A model generated the notes under the pieces. The model saw only the letters and a list, made by a program, of their open reading frames with translations. It did not search any database and was not told the DNA's origin. DNA of 63,754 nucleotides, filler included, from Candidatus Fermentibacterota bacterium (GTDB lineage Bacteria; JAFGKV01): NCBI GenBank assembly GCA_016928395.1. It is 6 parts of 6 records of this genome, joined end to end, with 100 filler letters (N's around TTAATTAATTAA, not from the genome) between each part and the next. Parts side by side here need not be neighbours in the genome. Positions count along the whole stretch, not along the records: positions 58,448 to 63,754 come from JAFGKV010000295.1; 5 more parts are not named here. The stretch is one strand, 5' to 3'. Of this stretch, positions 58,666 to 63,754 are shown in pieces (position 1 is the first letter of the stretch; the number at the start of each line of letters is the position of its first letter). Both the position numbers and the translations under genes were made by a program.

Positions 58666-60333
58666 CTATTTGCTGACTGCGTCGACGATGATGCCGGCGG
58701 GGTAGGTGTAGTTGTCGTTGCCGGCGTACCAGGCTGTCCCTTTGATCGTGACGCCGTCAGGGTAGTTGTCGCGTTTCTTGAACAGCCGGTCCCACATCTT
58801 GGCGGCGGGTGAGCCCTTGAGCAGATAGCCATAGACGTAGTCGCGGGTCATGTCGGTCTCGCTCGGCTTCAGGAGCTTCACGCAGTCGTAGTCGGTCCGG
58901 GGAGCGGATGCCACCAGCCAGGTCATGCTGGTCTGGCCCAACCCCGCGGTGAACATGACCGGATCGCCCTGATACTTCTTCACGGTCGGCGATCCCTTCT
59001 TGAACACGTCGAAACTCACCTGTACATAGTCCTTGGCGGGGCTAGCGGCTGCCTCGCTGCTGTAGTGCGCGAAGGGGCCATCGAGCTGCACACCCTTGCC
59101 GGGCAGCTTGGACACGAGGTTGGGGATCACCGCCTCCAGAGGATAGGCCATGCCCCAGTTCTGTCGGGCCGTACCCTGTGCGGCCTGCAGGGGCAGCCCC
59201 ACCGATGCCCGCCACTGGTTCAGGAAGTCCATGTTCAACTTGCCCGGCTCGGAGGCCACGAAAGCACCGAATCGATCGAAGTAGACCTTGTCGGGCAGTA
59301 GCTTCGGATCGGCCTCCATGTTGCCCTCGGCCTCATCGAGCATGTAGTCCATGGGATTCTCGTTCAGATCCTCCAGTTCGTCGGGCTTCCACATCAGGAG
59401 GTTCTGGGTGTTCATATCCATATACTTGTAGTAGCCGCCCTGGCACTGGAAGAACATGTTGTTCTTCATAACCGTCTCGTCGTTGCCGAAGGTGTTGCTG
59501 ACGGCATAGCCCGCCTCGCCGCCCTCGGTCTGCAGAAACCCGATGATGTTGTTCTCGAGAATCGTCTTGCCCTGCCTGCCCACGAAGACACCCATGGATC
59601 CGCCCTTGCCTGGCTGGGACCAGCCGAACAGGATGGTGTTGTTCTTGATGCTCACGACGCCGCCGGGCTGGGCCGATCGAGTCTCAATGGCCGCGTAGAA
59701 CGTGTTCAACACGAAGCAGTTGCTGATCTCGTTATCCGCACCCTGCCAGGCCGCATAGATGCCGTCACCGTACGGGTTGAGGAGGATACAGTTGAGGATC
59801 TTGATGTTGGCATTGTTGGCATGGAACAACTCGCCCTTCCACGAGTCTTTCGGGAGGATCTTGCTGCCGTCAGCGAGGTAGCTGTTGCGGGATTTAGAGT
59901 TCAGTACGAACCCGTCGACAACCATGCCGCTGTGATCCTCATGCTGGTGGCCCGCGATCAGCCCCTCGGGCAACCCTGTCCAGTCGCCGCGATAGTCCTC
60001 CGCACGTTCAAGAATCGTGAAGTACTTGAACGGATTGCGCACGGAGAAGTCGCCGTTGTACCCGCCCGCCAAAGTGAGATTCGGCACTTTTACCACGAAT
60101 GCGCCGGAGCCTCCCTTGCTGTGGTAGGTTCCCTGGGCGACGTGGATCACATCGCCACGTACGGCTCGTTCCAGCGCCCGCCACAGAGCGCCGTAGGGTG
60201 CCTCCTTGGCGCCGCTGCCCATGTCATCACTCGCCTTGACATAGATGTCGGCAGCGTGAGCCATGGGGTGCGCGAGCACGAGGACGAAGGCAATGAAGAG
60301 GGGGGCAATCGTTGCACGGTATCGACTCAGCAT
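58666..60333 (-). CDS. Secreted right-handed beta-helix protein (DUF1565/pectin-lyase-like)
   Basis: Signal peptide after GGAGG; DIYV...GAKEAPY..L..AL..A..GDVIHVAQGTY, GGYNGDFSVRNP, Asn-ladder IxNN repeats. Confidence 0.78.
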   Translation of the reverse strand: MLSRYRATIAPLFIAFVLVLAHPMAHAADIYVKASDDMGSGAKEAPYGALWRALERAVRGDVIHVAQGTYHSKGGSGAFVVKVPNLTLAGGYNGDFSVRNPFKYFTILERAEDYRGDWTGLPEGLIAGHQHEDHSGMVVDGFVLNSKSRNSYLADGSKILPKDSWKGELFHANNANIKILNCILLNPYGDGIYAAWQGADNEISNCFVLNTFYAAIETRSAQPGGVVSIKNNTILFGWSQPGKGGSMGVFVGRQGKTILENNIIGFLQTEGGEAGYAVSNTFGNDETVMKNNMFFQCQGGYYKYMDMNTQNLLMWKPDELEDLNENPMDYMLDEAEGNMEADPKLLPDKVYFDRFGAFVASEPGKLNMDFLNQWRASVGLPLQAAQGTARQNWGMAYPLEAVIPNLVSKLPGKGVQLDGPFAHYSSEAAASPAKDYVQVSFDVFKKGSPTVKKYQGDPVMFTAGLGQTSMTWLVASAPRTDYDCVKLLKPSETDMTRDYVYGYLLKGSPAAKMWDRLFKKRDNYPDGVTIKGTAWYAGNDNYTYPAGIIVDAVSK

Positions 60334-60617
60334 TGAAACCTCCTTCCGCCGAGTCCAGTCAACGAGGGCGCACGGGATCACAATCCCGCGAAGGCACGAT
60401 GATGCCGCTCGGCAACGGGATCCGCGTGGGTTGCACACCGACGCCCGAAACCGGTGACGCCCCGAGTATGCAGGTATGGGCAACACTCCTCACAATGTAC
60501 TCACAACTGGGAAATGTTCATGAAAAACCTAGGATGGGCAGGGAAGATTGCGGATTGGGGAGAGTCGGACCCTGGCGGGGCCAGGTATTGTCTATTGGGA
60601 TTCGAGCGTGAGGATCG

Positions 60618-60859
60618 ATGAGCGGGCGCGTCTACGCCCAGGCAGCCGATGCCCGCGTGGAGCACCTCCGGCTGCAAGGTGGGCGACAGGAGGTCGACTC
60701 TATCGTGGGGCGCCCTGACCTGCGCGTGCTGGGCATCGAGGTGAAGCTAGGCAGATCGCCGACGATTTGCTGGATGCGATCGTCGTTCACCCAGGCCCCC
60801 AAGCCTACCGTCTGCCAGATGGCATTGCAGTCGTGCCAGCAGCGCCCCTTGGGCCGTGA
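60618..60859 (+). pseudogene. Decayed C-terminus of a DUF4143-type (AAA ATPase-associated) protein
   Basis: RVYAQAADARVEHLR..GRQEVDSIV..PD.RVLGIEVKL continues in another frame at 60761 as DDLLDAIVVHPGPQAYRLPDGIAVVPAAPLGP*. Confidence 0.72.
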
Positions 60860-61286
60860 GCTTGAGCGAAGGAGAGCCGGGAGTAACTCCTGAGACACGA
60901 GCGAGGCGGGCCTCGATTGTGCTATCTGCCGCGCTCTCAACCGCACGGACTGTGCGCCGCTTCCAGTGGGCGGGCCGGCGGTGGGCGCTGAGACTGTCGC
61001 AACATGCGTGAGGACACGTTGATCCTGAAGTCACCCAGAGATCTCGTCAGACCAGGTTGCCACGGTCAGGCACACGAAGAAGGCCAGCCACGGCCACCGT
61101 CAGAGCTCGATGACATGGCGCGTCGAGAGCAGGAGTCCTGATCGGGAAAGAGTTCGAAAACCGGCGTGTGCCGGAACGGGAGGAGATTCGTGTGCCACGC
61201 GGCACGAGACGTCCCGCCCCTGCTCCGACATTCCGCGCGCCGCAATCGTCCGGCGTTCTCCTGGTACTCTGACCCCAGGCAGCTCC

Positions 61287-62345
61287 TCATCCCATCGCGG
61301 TCCCCTCTGCGCCTCCCCGCACTGCCCAGCGCAGCTTGGCGGAAGAAGCGCGCGGGTTCGCGCGCACTTCATCGGCCCCGGCGCGAACCACCCCCTCGGA
61401 AGTCGCCGCGTAGATGCCCGCTCGACGGCCAGAGTCGAACGCCTTCTTCACGCGGCGATCTTCGCCGGAATGGAATGTGAGCATCACGACGCGGCCACCG
61501 GGGGCGAGGCACGCAGGCAAGTTCCGCAGGAATGCGTCCAGCGCGGAGAACTCGTCGTTCACGGCGATGCGCAACGCCTGGAAGGTGCGGCGGACCGAGG
61601 TTTCCACCTCCTCTTCCGCGGTCTGCGGATACGCCGCCTTGACTCCCGCACGTATGCGGCGGCCCAGTTGGGCCGTCGTCGTCACGGGGCGCGTCTTCAG
61701 GAGAGTGGCGATGAGTCGTGCGTGCGGTTCATCCGCATGCTCCTCCAGGACACGGGCGAGCTTCTCCTCGCTCAAGTCCGTGACGAGTCTCGATGCCGGC
61801 GCCCCGCGGGAAGGATTCATCCGCATGTCCAGCGGCCCTGGCTCCTTATAGGTGAAACCACGATCCGGATTGTCGAGCTGCATGGACGACACGCCCAGAT
61901 CCGCGAGAATCAGGTTCGCCGCTGACACGCCTTCCTGCTCCAGCAATCGCGGCAGGCCGGCGAAGTTGCTCCGGCGCGCCACGAACACGTCTGGGCCGAA
62001 CCCTTCTGCCCGCAGCCGAGCCTCCGTCCGCGGCAGCTCGAGCGGATCGACGTCGAGTCCGATCAGCTTCCCTCCGGGCCGAATCCTCGTGAGAATCTCC
62101 CGCGCGTGACCGCCGCCGCCGAGCGTCGCGTCCACCGCCCGGTCGCCGGCGCCCGGCGACAGCACGCGCAGCACCTCGGCCACCATGATGGGCCGATGCA
62201 TTCCGGCGGGTGTCTTTCCGGCGTCTATCACCTTCTGAACGTCCGAGGCGTACCGGTCGGGGTTCAGTTCCTTGTACTTCTCATGGAACTTCCGCGGGTT
62301 CTTGCCCGGGTAGCGACGGCGGCGGATGTGCTCACCGTGGGGCAT
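61287..62345 (-). CDS. rsmH: 16S rRNA m4C1402 methyltransferase, stand-alone variant with N-terminal extension
   Basis: HRPIMVAEVL, DATLGGGGHA, DLGVSSMQLD, GPLDMRMNP, FQALRIAVNDE, TFHSGEDRRVK, SAKLR; start uncertain. Confidence 0.93.
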   Translation of the reverse strand: MPHGEHIRRRRYPGKNPRKFHEKYKELNPDRYASDVQKVIDAGKTPAGMHRPIMVAEVLRVLSPGAGDRAVDATLGGGGHAREILTRIRPGGKLIGLDVDPLELPRTEARLRAEGFGPDVFVARRSNFAGLPRLLEQEGVSAANLILADLGVSSMQLDNPDRGFTYKEPGPLDMRMNPSRGAPASRLVTDLSEEKLARVLEEHADEPHARLIATLLKTRPVTTTAQLGRRIRAGVKAAYPQTAEEEVETSVRRTFQALRIAVNDEFSALDAFLRNLPACLAPGGRVVMLTFHSGEDRRVKKAFDSGRRAGIYAATSEGVVRAGADEVRANPRASSAKLRWAVRGGAEGTAMG

Positions 62346-62869
62346 CGGGTCCGGAGTGCCTTCGACCCCCGCACACGGGGCCGGTGTCGCCGCGTGAATG
62401 GTGTCGGGCGCTCCGCGGCTCGGTACGACCGACCCAGGCAACCGGGATCGTCGCGCCCGCGTCTCGACGCCGTTCCCGCGGTTGCGCTGCGGATATCCGA
62501 CATCCAATCAGATCCATCACATACCCCACGGTGGAAGTGGCTCTTAGCGAGACTCAGCCGCAACTACCCTCGTCTCTCCCCTACCGTCAAGCAGCCACGG
62601 CCCCGGGCATGGGCAGGATGGTGCAGCGAGTTTGGAGTACGGGCTCTTTGCGTTCATCCGCCACTGGTGTGCGTTCACCGCACTCCGCACTCCGCGTTCC
62701 GCATTCGAATGGCTGCCGATTCCTCAATCGGACTTCCTGCGCTGCACTCCTCACTCCTCACTCGATGTAGTGAGGATGATATCACCACGCTCTACAGGGC
62801 GATAAGGCCTTCTCTTGACGGCTCCGTCGCTCGGTCAGTTGACATTTTACCTACGTTATGTGTCGCCTT

Positions 62870-63091
62870 GAGAAGTAGGAGATGCGCCGGAAGGGGTATC
62901 TGGCGGGAGCATTGAGTCGAGGTACAGAAAAGGGGAGAACCTCCTTGTAGCATAGGGCTGTGAGACAATAACCACTAGCGCTACAAGGAGGTATCAGCAC
63001 AATGGACGAACCTACCAGGTACGACAAGTTCTGTCAATTCAGGCAGGAGATTCGAGGTTCATCAAAGCACCTGATTGTCCCTAGTCCCTAG
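62870..63091 (+). mobile_element. Truncated IS110-family-like left end: structured leader plus the first 26 codons of a transposase
   Basis: 13-bp perfect stem ACCTCCTTGTAGC/GCTACAAGGAGGT (62939-62992) covering the RBS; ATG 63002 MDEPTRYDKFCQFRQEIRGSSKHLIV, recalled as an IS110 N-terminus normally continuing GID; left boundary approximate. Confidence 0.55.
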
Positions 63092-63450
63092 GCCCTAGAC
63101 TGCCGAGCGTAAGCTCGATTCCCTCGTCAGTTGCTCACCTTGGAGCCTTTGGGGCGAGTGTGTTGCGTGCCTTTCTTCATGTCCTTCATGCCCTTCGTGG
63201 TGAGTCCCTTGCTTCCTTTGCGGGCTTTGCGGCTTTGTCGTTGACCCTGAGCGCAGTCGAGGGGCGTGAGACTTGCTGCCTTCCTCTGTGGTGAGCCTCG
63301 CTTCCCTCGCAGGCCCCAGGGTTCAGGGTTGGGATACTGGAACGATGGATGAGTGGACGAGTGGATGGATGCATGAACCTCCTGTATTCTGACTTCTGGA
63401 TTCTGAATACTGTGCAAGGCTGCCTGCCGACTATCTCCTCACTCATACCC
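63079..63450. repeat. Mosaic of 7-, 8- and 9-mer repeats and palindromes
   Basis: CCCTAGT/CCCTAGG/CCCTAGA; CTTCATGTC/CTTCATGCC/CTTCGTGGT; CTTTGCGGG/CTTTGCGGC; CCCTGAGCGCAGTCGAGGGG; GAGTGGAC/GAGTGGAT; TTCTGAC/TTCTGGA/TTCTGAA. Confidence 0.85.
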
Positions 63451-63754
63451 GAACTCAACCCTGCATGCTGATCGTGAAACGAGGCCGGCTCTTGCTTCTG
63501 GGGGCACGAACAGGCATTCTTTGGCATCTACCACAGCTGTCCTGAGAGGTGGGGAGTAGGTGTATGCCTTTGGTGGTTGTCGAAGGTGGCCCAGCCATGA
63601 CCGGCACGCGAAAGTGGAGGGGATTCCAGATGCGTCGATGCATCCGATTCTGCCTGGCCCGCATACCGTTGCGGCAAGAAACAGGCCGGGCGGCACCCCG
63701 CCATGGTCATCAAAGGAACGGGGAGCGCAAACCCTTGGGGAGGAAAGGGTTCAC

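Overview
The window is not one locus. It is six contigs (1-12881, 12982-18470, 18571-29148, 29249-53221, 53322-58347, 58448-63754) joined by 100-nt N spacers carrying TTAATTAATTAA, so gene adjacency only counts within a contig. The DNA is high-GC (roughly 60-65% by eye) and bacterial. Many secreted proteins with FlgD-Ig/T9SS-like tails and a gingipain-like C25 protein suggest an FCB-group candidate lineage (inference only). Main content: (1) a tightly coupled surface-glycan operon with three radical SAM enzymes (two B12-binding, one SPASM), GT4/GT2/GT-C transferases, an alkaline-phosphatase-superfamily enzyme and a nucleotidyltransferase-fold protein; (2) secreted enzymes and adhesins (CotH kinase, S8, C25 and trypsin-like peptidases, beta-helix, FG-GAP and BNR proteins); (3) arsR-arsC-acr3; (4) nadE, a stand-alone rsmH, a GlmL fusion, a degenerate GGDEF protein and a TPR histidine kinase; (5) intergenic mosaics of REP-like palindromes and 6-9-mer tandem repeats; (6) a lower-GC foreign-looking segment, probably chimeric; (7) a truncated IS110-like left end with a structured leader. 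The best candidate for an undescribed system is ORF 40844-42649. It fuses an intact receiver domain to a DnaA-type AAA+ core that lacks DnaA's DNA-binding domain IV and ends in what looks like a degenerate small-GTPase fold. No rRNA, tRNA or CRISPR array was recognised. All family assignments come from motif recognition, not database searches.
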